Assembly: GCA_938045955.1 (NCBI GenBank)
Contig: CALIBK010000043.1
Coordinates: 1 to 62,496, forward strand
Length of the DNA stretch: 62,496 bases
From: an uncultured bacterium
GTDB lineage: Bacteria; Desulfobacterota; BSN033; UBA1163
Direction: 5' to 3'
The position numbers were made by a program, and so were the translations under genes. The notes under the pieces are model-generated. The model was not told the DNA's origin, did not search any database, and worked only from the letters and a program-made list of their open reading frames with translations. Shown piece by piece: positions 1-8,249 of this stretch. The number at the start of each line of letters is the position of its first letter. The first letter of the stretch is position 1.

Positions 1-129
1 CACTCAAACCCTCTCTTTAAAATCTCTCAAACAACATATTCCTCCACCAACACTACGATCCTTCTCGTGGATAGAAAATATTCCTAAAAAGGAGACCCAA
101 AAGTGATAGACGGTCAGGAAAAATTTCAC

Positions 130-158
130 TTGACTTTTTTAAAAAAACCAAGTTAAAT
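130..158 (+). promoter_or_regulatory. Putative sigma70-type promoter of the mrp-like operon (TTGACT - 17 nt - TTAAAT)
   Basis: TTGACT at 130-135, 17-nt A/T-rich spacer, TTAAAT at 153-158. It lies about 40 nt upstream of the first start codon. Sequence match only. Confidence 0.35.
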
Positions 159-197
159 TTCTCTCGGTTTTTTTCAGATAAATTGAAGGGAGAAGAA

Positions 198-464
198 ATG
201 ATTTCGGTTTTCTTGATTACGGGAATTCTCATTTCGATTGCTATCGGGCTAAGTCTCTATCGGGTGATAAAGGGACCGGGGGTATTCAATCGGACGGCGG
301 CAGTCAATATTATAGGAACGAAAACGATCGCCTTATTAGTGGTAATGGGCTATTACTTCGAAAGACCTTACTTCTTTGATATTGCACTGCTCTATGCAAT
401 GATTAATTTTGTAGGAACCCTGGTTTTTGCAAAATACCTCGAAAGGGGAAACCTTTGGTCCTAA
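198..464 (+). CDS. mrpF: Mrp/Mnh-type antiporter subunit F (MbhB-like)
   Basis: Part of ORF 183..464. The ATG at 198 is preceded by AAGGGAG; a TTG at 183 is the alternative start. Small three-helix membrane protein with the LYRVIKGPGVFNRTAAVN..IGTK motif typical of MrpF/PhaF. Confidence 0.85.
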   Translation: MISVFLITGILISIAIGLSLYRVIKGPGVFNRTAAVNIIGTKTIALLVVMGYYFERPYFFDIALLYAMINFVGTLVFAKYLERGNLWS

Positions 465-784
465 TCCATATTGTAACAACTTTTTTATTGGGAGCAGGGC
501 TCTTCTTTACATTCGTTGGATCTATTGGTTTATTAAGATTTCCTGACTTCTATACCCGTCTCCATGCGACCGGAAAGTGTGATACCCTGGGGGCAGGACT
601 TATCATTCTCGGACTCTTGATCTATCATTTTTTTTATTACCCTGAAACACCCCTTGTCCCTGCCAAACTTATTTTCTTGATCCTTTTCATCTTCATTGCG
701 AATCCTACAGCTACTCATGCCCTCATGAAGGCCGCCTACCAGATGGGAATCAAACCCTGGCGTCTCGGTGAGGAGAGAGAGTAA
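455..784 (+). CDS. mrpG: Mrp/Mnh-type antiporter subunit G (MbhC-like)
   Basis: TTG start overlaps the mrpF stop, with GAAAGGGGA as RBS. FTFVGSIGLLRFPDFYTRLHATGKCDTLG is the MnhG/PhaG signature. Confidence 0.85.
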   Translation: MVLIHIVTTFLLGAGLFFTFVGSIGLLRFPDFYTRLHATGKCDTLGAGLIILGLLIYHFFYYPETPLVPAKLIFLILFIFIANPTATHALMKAAYQMGIKPWRLGEERE

Positions 785-1284
785 TGAAAGAGGGAAGATT
801 ATTTGCTATCACCCTCACTTTTTTCACCATGGCTCTTTTCTGGATCCTCCTCTCCGGGATATTTGATGCCTTTCATTTAATTTCGGGTTTGATCTGTTGT
901 CTGATCGTCACCTTCCTCTCTCATGATCTTCTTGTGAAGGGGAAGAGCGAAAAGAGATTGCTAAAAACTCTTCGACTCATTCGATATATCCCCTGGGAGC
1001 TATGGCAGATTGTTCTGGCTAACATTGATGTGGCCTATCGGGTCCTCCATCCAAAAATGCCTATTGATCCAAGGGTCATTGAGTTCGAAACCCCCTTGAG
1101 AGGGGAGTTTTCTCAGGTCACCCTCGCGAACTCCATTACCCTGACCCCAGGAACGATTACTATTCGGGTGGAGCCGGAACAAGGAAAATTCTTGGTCCAT
1201 GCAATTTCGAAAGAGCCCGCAGATGCTCTTTTGATCGATCAGGGGATGCAAAAGCGAGTGGCCCATGTGTTTATGGAGGAATAA
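784..1284 (+). CDS. mrpE: Mrp/Mnh-type antiporter subunit E (MbhA-like)
   Basis: TAATG stop/start overlap with mrpG. Two N-terminal TM helices plus LANSITLTPGTITI, the MnhE family motif. Confidence 0.8.
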   Translation: MKEGRLFAITLTFFTMALFWILLSGIFDAFHLISGLICCLIVTFLSHDLLVKGKSEKRLLKTLRLIRYIPWELWQIVLANIDVAYRVLHPKMPIDPRVIEFETPLRGEFSQVTLANSITLTPGTITIRVEPEQGKFLVHAISKEPADALLIDQGMQKRVAHVFMEE

Positions 1285-1292
1285 AAGGTTTC

Positions 1293-1538
1293 ATGATTAT
1301 CCCTATCGATCTCATTTTACTTCTTTTTGTGGTCATCCTTGCAATCACCGTTATTCGCCTTAAGGACCTACTGAGCGCAGTAATCCTTTTAGGAGCCTAT
1401 AGCTTTCTGATGGCCCTCATCTGGGTGGAACTCCAATCGGTAGATGTGGGCTTTACAGAGGCCGCCGTAGGGGCAGGAGCCACGACGGCTTTCTTGATCG
1501 CAGCGATTGCAAGAACAACCAGATGGGAAAAGGAATGA
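1293..1538 (+). CDS. Small membrane subunit equivalent to part of the MrpA C-terminus (DUF4040 / MbhD-like)
   Basis: 81 aa with three TM helices. AVILLGAYSFLMALIWVELQSVDVGFTEAAVGAG resembles the DUF4040 domain that is fused to MrpA in canonical Mrp and is a separate gene in Mbh. Confidence 0.7.
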   Translation: MIIPIDLILLLFVVILAITVIRLKDLLSAVILLGAYSFLMALIWVELQSVDVGFTEAAVGAGATTAFLIAAIARTTRWEKE

Positions 1539-2062
1539 TCGAAACCCGGTGGTTCAACCTTATCATCATCGGCCTTCTCTGCGGACTCTTCATCTATGTC
1601 GCAGAGGATATCCCCCCTTTTGGGGATCCAGAAGCACCAACCATTAAATATGTAGAGCTATTCCAATTAGAATTGACCGACATCGAGGGGATTGGAGAGA
1701 ATTCCATTCCTTCCAGGTTGATCCAGAAACTCAAAGAAAGAGGCTTCCCCCCCATTACCCGGATAGAAACGACCTCCAGAACTCAAAATGAGTGGAATGC
1801 CTTTATTTCTAAGGAAGAACCCTACTACCCAAAAGAGGAAAAGTATTATTTCCTAAGAAAAGAAGGAAACCTTTTAAAAGTCTACCGATATGCCTTTGTG
1901 GTTCGGTGGATTGAAAAGGGATTAAAGGAGACAGCGGTACCCAATATGGTGACCTATGGACTGGCCGATTACCGGGGCTACGATACGTTGGGGGAGACTA
2001 CCGTAATCTTCACAGCAGGAGTTTCGGTAATTCTACTCCTTAGGAGGAAAGGAAGGCTTTGA
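1535..2062 (+). CDS. MnhB-domain membrane subunit (MbhE-like) carrying an ~80-aa hydrophilic insertion
   Basis: ATGA overlap with the preceding stop; the alternative ATG is at 1523. The N-terminal TM + PPFGDP and the C-terminal ETAVPNMVTYGLADYRGYDTLGETTV match the MrpA-C/MnhB N-terminal domain. The middle segment is hydrophilic. Confidence 0.65.
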   Translation: MIETRWFNLIIIGLLCGLFIYVAEDIPPFGDPEAPTIKYVELFQLELTDIEGIGENSIPSRLIQKLKERGFPPITRIETTSRTQNEWNAFISKEEPYYPKEEKYYFLRKEGNLLKVYRYAFVVRWIEKGLKETAVPNMVTYGLADYRGYDTLGETTVIFTAGVSVILLLRRKGRL

Positions 2063-2523
2063 ACGAAAAAGAAAGGGATGTCATCGTTGAAACCGTCTCT
2101 CGGGTGATGATCCCATTTATTCAACTTTATGCCCTTTATGTAATTATCCACGGCTCTGGGGGGCCAGGAGGAGGATTTCAAGGGGGAGTGGTCTTTGCTT
2201 CCTCCTTCATTCTCTATGTGATCGCCTTTAATCTTGCGGGTGGGCGGAAGAGATTTCCTGAGTCGGCAAACACCCTCTTCAGCTCTCTCGGTCTCTATAT
2301 TTATGGAGGAATAGGACTCTTAGCCATCCTTTTCACCCGTGGAATGGCCCAGTATCTGAACTACGGATTCATCCCATTCACTTCTCACTTTGAAGAGAAT
2401 AGAGCCCTCGGAATGGATTTTGTGGAAATGGGGATAGGGATCACCGTGATGGCCATCATCGCTTCTATCTTCTTTGATCTGGCCCAAAGAGAGGAACCCG
2501 TAGGAGAGAAAGAAGAAAAGTAA
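2059..2523 (+). CDS. mrpB: Mrp/Mnh-type antiporter subunit B (MbhF-like)
   Basis: TTG start overlaps the previous stop, behind AGGAGGAAAGG. IHGSGGPGGGFQGGVVFASSFILYVIAF is the MnhB core motif. Confidence 0.8.
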   Translation: MNEKERDVIVETVSRVMIPFIQLYALYVIIHGSGGPGGGFQGGVVFASSFILYVIAFNLAGGRKRFPESANTLFSSLGLYIYGGIGLLAILFTRGMAQYLNYGFIPFTSHFEENRALGMDFVEMGIGITVMAIIASIFFDLAQREEPVGEKEEK

Positions 2524-2936
2524 TGGAATGGTTTATTGCAAAGATCTTTGCAAAATATAACTATTGGGTCTCTATTCTTCTGATGATGATCGGCTTCTAT
2601 GGAATTGTAGCCAAGGATAATCTCATTAAGAAGATCCTTGGCCTCAATATCTTCCAGACGGCGATCTTCCTCTATTTTATCTCCTTGGGGGCGGTTAAGG
2701 GAGGAACTGCTCCCATCGTCGATGAGAAGATCATTCAAAAAGGCTATCTTTATGCAAATCCACTCCCCCATGTGTTGATTCTCACAGCCATCGTTGTCTC
2801 CGTAGCCACGACCGCGGTGGCTCTCTCCCTCGTCATCCGGATGCATCGGGAGTACGGAACGATTGAGGAAAGCGAGATTATAAAAAAATCGAGTGAAGGA
2901 CATCAGACAGGAGAGAACTCGAAGGTTCATCATTAA
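2523..2936 (+). CDS. mrpC: Mrp/Mnh-type antiporter subunit C (NuoK-like, MbhG-like)
   Basis: TAATG overlap with the previous gene. Three-TM NuoK-like protein (GFYGIVAKDNLIKKILGLNIFQTAIFLYFISLG). Confidence 0.85.
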   Translation: MEWFIAKIFAKYNYWVSILLMMIGFYGIVAKDNLIKKILGLNIFQTAIFLYFISLGAVKGGTAPIVDEKIIQKGYLYANPLPHVLILTAIVVSVATTAVALSLVIRMHREYGTIEESEIIKKSSEGHQTGENSKVHH

Positions 2937-2944
2937 AAATACCC

Positions 2945-4450
2945 ATGTCGAATTTCATAGAGCATCTTCCATTATTGACGGTAGTGATCTCTCTCCTTTC
3001 AGCGATTACCATCTTGATCGCAGGATGGATTTATAAGAAAATAGCCTGGTGGATCTCTTTGGTTACCCATCTGTCCCAATTCACCTTTTCTTTATGGATC
3101 CTCAACCATGTTCTCACCCACGGGCCGATTCATTACAGGTTAGGGGGATGGGTTCCTCCCTGGGGAATCGAGTATGTGATGGATCCATTAAATTCGTATA
3201 TATTAGTCATCCTTCTATTTCTCGCTCTGTTCTGCCTCCTCTATTCAAAAAGAAATATCGAGCATGAACTTCCCAAAAAGGTCGTTTCCTTCTATACCGT
3301 TTACCAACTTCTTCTCACCGGGCTCTGTGGCATTGTCGTCACCGGAGATATTTTTAATATGTATGTTTTTATTGAAATTGCTTCTCTCTCGGCTTATGCC
3401 CTGATTGCCTCACGGGGAAAGATTGCCCTTCGAGCAAGTTTTACTTATCTCGTTCTTGGCTCTATCGGGGCCTGTTTCTTTCTCCTCGGGATAGGATTTC
3501 TCTATGCCGTCACGGGATCCCTCAATATGCATGATCTCTCCCTCCTTCTCCCCCCTTTTTACAAGAACCGAGTGGTCATCGCAGCGTTTGTTTTCATCCT
3601 CGTTGGCCTCAGTATCAAGATGGCACTCTTCCCCCTTCATACCTGGCTCCCGGATGCTCATGCCTTCGCCCCTTCGGAGATCAGTGCGATGCTCTCAGGG
3701 ATCATTATCGAAGTGGCGACCTATGCCTTTATTCGAGTTTCCTTCTCCGTGTTCACCACCCAATTTCTTCAACTCTTCCCCATCTTTGAGATTCTCAGCT
3801 GGATTGCTGCAGGAGGTATTATATTTGGCTCAATTCTGGCAATGACTCAGATGAATTTAAAAAGGATGCTTGCTTATTCGAGCGTGGCGAATATGGGGTA
3901 TATTATGCTTGGGGTAGGGCTCTCCACCTCCACTCGTTTAGGGCTCATTCCTCCCTTGATCCATATCCTCAGCCATGCCCTAACGAAGGCCTGCATGTTT
4001 TTGGTTGCTGGGGCTTTTATTTATAAAGCGGATTTATGGTATATTAAAGACTTGCAGGGATTAGGGAGGAAAATGCCCTATAGCTGTATGGGCTTTCTTT
4101 TATCTGCCCTTGCCTTGTTAGGATTGCCACCCGGGGTGGGATTCGTTACGAAATGGTATTTAATCATTGCCGCCTTAGAGTCTAAAAAATATATATTTGT
4201 GGGGGTGATATTTCTTAGCACACTTCTCATGGTATTCTATTTTTGGAAGGTCATAGAATATATTTACATCCGGATTGGAGAAGAAGGGGCAAAAGAGATA
4301 CGCATCGATGAGATACCCTGGAGCATGCTCATTCCTGTGATGGTCTTGGGCTCTCTTTGTTTCATCGTTGGAATCGTTTGGCTCACCGAAATCCCTCTAC
4401 CCATTTTAGATAGAGTGAACTCCTTATTCAAATTGGGGAGGGTTCCATGA
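2945..4450 (+). CDS. mrpD: Antiporter-like pump subunit, MrpD/NuoN-like (501 aa)
   Basis: Polytopic protein of the proton-conducting membrane transporter family (FPLHTWLPDAHAFAPSEISAMLSGIIIEVATYAFIR; MLAYSSVANMGYIM). Confidence 0.85.
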   Translation: MSNFIEHLPLLTVVISLLSAITILIAGWIYKKIAWWISLVTHLSQFTFSLWILNHVLTHGPIHYRLGGWVPPWGIEYVMDPLNSYILVILLFLALFCLLYSKRNIEHELPKKVVSFYTVYQLLLTGLCGIVVTGDIFNMYVFIEIASLSAYALIASRGKIALRASFTYLVLGSIGACFFLLGIGFLYAVTGSLNMHDLSLLLPPFYKNRVVIAAFVFILVGLSIKMALFPLHTWLPDAHAFAPSEISAMLSGIIIEVATYAFIRVSFSVFTTQFLQLFPIFEILSWIAAGGIIFGSILAMTQMNLKRMLAYSSVANMGYIMLGVGLSTSTRLGLIPPLIHILSHALTKACMFLVAGAFIYKADLWYIKDLQGLGRKMPYSCMGFLLSALALLGLPPGVGFVTKWYLIIAALESKKYIFVGVIFLSTLLMVFYFWKVIEYIYIRIGEEGAKEIRIDEIPWSMLIPVMVLGSLCFIVGIVWLTEIPLPILDRVNSLFKLGRVP

Positions 4451-6528
4451 TGATTGCGGAAATTGCTTGGTACTGTTTCCTTTTGCCTTTTGTCGGTGCA
4501 CTTTCATCCCCTTTGTTAACCAGAGTACATCCAAAGTTGAGAGATTACGGAGCCCTTCTTTTTTCCTTTCTTGCAGCCTTGGCTAGCATCATGCTCCTGC
4601 CGGCTCTCTTTCATCCTTCGAAGTTGCCCATAGAGAAATCCTTTGTCTGGTTGACCTCACCCATAGAATTAAACGTCGGGGTTTTGGTTGATCCTTTGAG
4701 CATCCTGTTGGCAAATATTGTTTCGGTCATAAGTTTCATCATTATGGTGTACTCCTTGGGATATATGAGAGAAAGTCCTTCCCTAACAAGATGGTGGATG
4801 TGGATGAATCTTTTCATTGGAAGTATGCTTCTTCTTGTCCTATCTAACAACCTATTCTTCATCTTCATCGGTTGGAAGATGGTGGGACTTTGCAGCTATG
4901 GGTTAATAGGGTTTTACTATAGGGATGAGAAGAAATATTGGATCGGAGGCCCGCCACCCACGAAATACTGCACGCCTTCCCATGCAGGCTTAAAGGCCTT
5001 GATAACAACTTCCACAGGGGATGTCCTCATGTTAGGTGGAATTTTGATCATTTATTCTTATTCCGGAACCTTAAATCTTCTCCGTCTGTATGAAACTTCA
5101 TCTCTATGGATTCCCAAAATAGCCAATTCACCAGGAATGATGTTCCTGACTGCTCTTCTCCTTCTTGCAGGACCTCTTGGCAAATCTGCACAATTTCCAT
5201 TTCATGAATGGCTTCCAGAAGCTATGGCCGGTCCAGCACCCGTCTCAGCCCTGATTCACGCAGCGACTATGGTGAAAAGTGGCGTTTATCTCGTTGCCAG
5301 GCTTATCCCAATTTTTTTCTATGGTTACTGGGTCATGGGAGTTCATGAAGCATCTTATTTTTTTGTCTTAACCGCCTGGGTTGGTGGGATCACTGCTTTT
5401 TTGGCAGCAACTCAAGCCATGGTTTCTTTAGAGCTTAAAAAAACCCTTGCCTATTCCACTATGAGTCAGATTGGCTATATGATGCTCGCTTTAGGAGTGT
5501 CAGGGTTCACGGTATCGAACCTATTAGGAGGCTTCACCTCTGGGACCTTTCACCTAGTGAACCATGCCATGTTCAAGGCTTGCCTTTTCCTCTGTGCTGG
5601 CTCCATCATTCATACAACGCACTCTATCTATATGAACGAGATGGGTTCCCTAAGGAGGGTGATGCCTTTTACCTCGATTTTTATGTTGATTGCATCATTC
5701 TCTTTGATGGGTGTTCCACCATTACCTGGTTTTTGGAGTAAAGATGCGATTATCTTAACCTGCTTTGAGGCCCACCACTACCCCTTATTTTTTTTCTCTT
5801 TAATGACCGTTATTGTAACTGCATTTTATACGATTAGATTTATAGGAATGGTTTTTTACGGAAAGGAAAGTGAACATATTAAACATATAAAAAAAACAGG
5901 GGGCGCCCTCACAGAACCTCGCCCTTCGATGGTGTGGACTTGCGGCGCTTTAGCTCTCTTGATTGTTATCTTGGGAATACTGGGTCTCTCTTTAGAACAT
6001 CTCTTAAAGGGGGGATTCGGAGAAATCCTGAGTGAAATTGGTCTTCCGGTCGAACACGTTGTAAACCACTCCACAGCTCATTGGCTCGTTCCTCTGCTAT
6101 CTTTCCTTGCTGTCATGATGGGTGTTGTACCTGCCTATTTCCTTTATATTTCGAGAAAAATCAATCCTGAGGAGATATTAGAAAGATATGCATGGATAAA
6201 GAGGCTTCATAAGTTTTTTTGGAATCGATGGTACATTGATCACTTTTACCACATGTTTTTTGTCGGAGGGATCGGCAAGATCTTTTCCTGCATCCCCAGG
6301 TATTTTGAAAACCCTTTAGATAAATTTTTTCATAGCTTTATCCCATCCCTTCCCGTAAAACTCCATCGAAGCGGGAAATTCCTTCTCCCTCCGAAACAAA
6401 AACAAGAGAAGGGGGTGGAGCTGTTCGTTGCAGAACAACCTACAGGAATAGACTTGGGTTTCGCATTGTTTCTCATCTTTTTCTTTATTACTCTTTATCT
6501 CATAGCTATGTTTATATGGGAACGTTAG
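4447..6528 (+). CDS. mrpA: Antiporter-like pump subunit, MrpA N-terminal / NuoL-like (693 aa) with a long C-terminal lateral-helix-type extension
   Basis: ATGA overlap with mrpD. NuoL/MrpA motifs are present (GWKMVGLCSYGLIGFYY, FPFHEWLPEAMAGPAPVSALIHAATMVKSGVYL, LAYSTMSQIGYMM). The C-terminal amphipathic stretch (FFWNRWYIDHFYHMFF) is followed by a terminal TM helix. Confidence 0.8.
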   Translation: MMIAEIAWYCFLLPFVGALSSPLLTRVHPKLRDYGALLFSFLAALASIMLLPALFHPSKLPIEKSFVWLTSPIELNVGVLVDPLSILLANIVSVISFIIMVYSLGYMRESPSLTRWWMWMNLFIGSMLLLVLSNNLFFIFIGWKMVGLCSYGLIGFYYRDEKKYWIGGPPPTKYCTPSHAGLKALITTSTGDVLMLGGILIIYSYSGTLNLLRLYETSSLWIPKIANSPGMMFLTALLLLAGPLGKSAQFPFHEWLPEAMAGPAPVSALIHAATMVKSGVYLVARLIPIFFYGYWVMGVHEASYFFVLTAWVGGITAFLAATQAMVSLELKKTLAYSTMSQIGYMMLALGVSGFTVSNLLGGFTSGTFHLVNHAMFKACLFLCAGSIIHTTHSIYMNEMGSLRRVMPFTSIFMLIASFSLMGVPPLPGFWSKDAIILTCFEAHHYPLFFFSLMTVIVTAFYTIRFIGMVFYGKESEHIKHIKKTGGALTEPRPSMVWTCGALALLIVILGILGLSLEHLLKGGFGEILSEIGLPVEHVVNHSTAHWLVPLLSFLAVMMGVVPAYFLYISRKINPEEILERYAWIKRLHKFFWNRWYIDHFYHMFFVGGIGKIFSCIPRYFENPLDKFFHSFIPSLPVKLHRSGKFLLPPKQKQEKGVELFVAEQPTGIDLGFALFLIFFFITLYLIAMFIWER

Positions 6529-6601
6529 CTATTTTTTCGGCCTAGGTTTACGAATAAAAAGTATTAAACAGTTTCAAACTCAAAGGGGGAGCAATGACAC
6601 C

Positions 6602-8113
6602 ATGACGCCTTATCTTCTTCTCCAAACAATCATAGTGCCAGTACTCGGTTCTCTATTCATATTACTAACTAGACGAAAAATAGGGGAGAGGGCAGGCTGG
6701 GTCGCAAGCATCACTCTTCTCTATACAACAGTTCTTCTGTGCATTGCAGGTATCCGAATTCATCGAGGGAACACCCTTTATGAGGCATACCCAGTTGGTC
6801 CAGAGGTGAGGTTTGATCTTTTGGCTGATGGCTTGAACCTACCCGTTGCTTTGATCATCAATCTATGTTGTGTCGTCCTGGCATTTTACTCAATTCCCTA
6901 TGTCGATCACAGGATTGAAGCCATCCACGGGAAACTGGATAAGAAAACATGGCTTTTTTATTACACAAGGTTTTTCTCTCTATTCCTCTTCTTCCCAACA
7001 GGTTTTATGGGTATCTCCTTTGCTACTAACCTCATCGTGGTCTATTTTTTCATGGAAGTATTAACAATTATTCCCCTTTATTTTATTATGGCTCAATTCG
7101 GTTATTCTGATTTTATGGAGCGTTCGAAGGTTGCTCTCATGTGTCTATTCTGGGGCATTGCTGGAGCATTCTTCTTCCTCATCGGTATTTTTTTCGCATA
7201 TATCCATATAGGCACCTTCGATATCTTGAGTCTACACATGCTCGTCGGAAACCCTTCGGTTAACTGGGTTATTTTCCCCATCCTTGTTGGTTTATTTATC
7301 AAGCTGGCCATATTTCCATTTCATGTTTGGATGCCTTGGGTGCACGCAGAGCACCCCACATGCATTGCTGGGTTGCTTGCGATTTATGCGAACATAGCGG
7401 CTTATGTGATGGTCAGGGTTCTCATTTTACCCCTCTCCAACGATTTTAAAGTGTTCAGTATCCCTATGATGATCCTAGCACTATTTACAATGATCTATGG
7501 GTCTCTCCTTACATTAGCTCAAAATGACGTTAAACGATTTTGTGCATGCTCAACGATAAGCCAAATCTCCTACTCTATCTTTGGATTAAGTGCTCATAAC
7601 AACTTGAGTATTGAAGGAGGCATTCTTTTCTTTCTGAGTCACATTATGGGTAAAACCGTCCTCTTCTCAACGGCTGGTATTTTAGTCTATGTTACAGGAA
7701 TCAGAGACATGAGAGAAATGGGTGGACTTGGTTCCAAGATGCCCGTCACGGCAATACTTTGGATCATAGGGGCGATGATGCTCTCTGCCTTTCCCCCTTT
7801 TATGAGCTTCCCATCAGAATGGATCTTATTTACCGGTGTCTTTAAATATGGAACACAGGGTTCTTTTCTCAAGCTGTTCGTTGCAATTATAGGGGTTTGC
7901 GTAATTTTATTAACAGTAATTTATACATTTTGGTCTGTGAAAAGAATATTTTTCGGTCCTTTGAAGAATAATCTGTCGCATGACCAAATCAAAGATCCAC
8001 CGTTCATGATGAGCATTCCCCTTATATTGTTGTCCGTGGTATCCATCCTTCTCGGTCTATATCCTAAGCCCTTTCTGGATCTTCTCCATTCTGTGATTAA
8101 AGCGATATTATGA
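6602..8113 (+). CDS. Second MrpD/NuoM-like antiporter-like pump subunit (503 aa)
   Basis: AAAGGGGGAG RBS about 10 nt upstream. FPFHVWMPWVHAEHPTCIAGLLAIYANIAAYVMVR and STISQISYSIFG are Proton_antipo_M-type motifs. Confidence 0.8.
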   Translation: MTPYLLLQTIIVPVLGSLFILLTRRKIGERAGWVASITLLYTTVLLCIAGIRIHRGNTLYEAYPVGPEVRFDLLADGLNLPVALIINLCCVVLAFYSIPYVDHRIEAIHGKLDKKTWLFYYTRFFSLFLFFPTGFMGISFATNLIVVYFFMEVLTIIPLYFIMAQFGYSDFMERSKVALMCLFWGIAGAFFFLIGIFFAYIHIGTFDILSLHMLVGNPSVNWVIFPILVGLFIKLAIFPFHVWMPWVHAEHPTCIAGLLAIYANIAAYVMVRVLILPLSNDFKVFSIPMMILALFTMIYGSLLTLAQNDVKRFCACSTISQISYSIFGLSAHNNLSIEGGILFFLSHIMGKTVLFSTAGILVYVTGIRDMREMGGLGSKMPVTAILWIIGAMMLSAFPPFMSFPSEWILFTGVFKYGTQGSFLKLFVAIIGVCVILLTVIYTFWSVKRIFFGPLKNNLSHDQIKDPPFMMSIPLILLSVVSILLGLYPKPFLDLLHSVIKAIL

Positions 8114-8249
8114 GAGTCGGGGGAATAATAAGATTATGATTGAGAGTGAAAAGGAGTGAATGAATTTAATAGAATCATTCCTTATAGGTTTTTCGAAGTT
8201 TACCTATCCATAAAGAATGTTGAAACATATGGTCATGTTCTCAGTGTAT

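Noticed and set aside
88-98. The 11-mer AAAGGAGACCC is shared between 88-98 and 62088-62098, both in promoter-proximal non-coding DNA.
   Set aside because: The flanks do not align. The word is essentially a Shine-Dalgarno-like string. The 17-codon GTG ORF after the first copy would lie upstream of the predicted mrp promoter. This is most likely chance.
4447-8113. An apparent drop in GC content in the last two mrp genes, suggesting separate acquisition.
   Set aside because: Hand counts of a few 60-nt lines gave 28-48% here against 37-52% in mrpD (2945-4450). The ranges overlap, and membrane-protein codon bias (Phe/Ile/Leu) can explain it. The difference is not robust without a proper sliding-window or codon-usage calculation.
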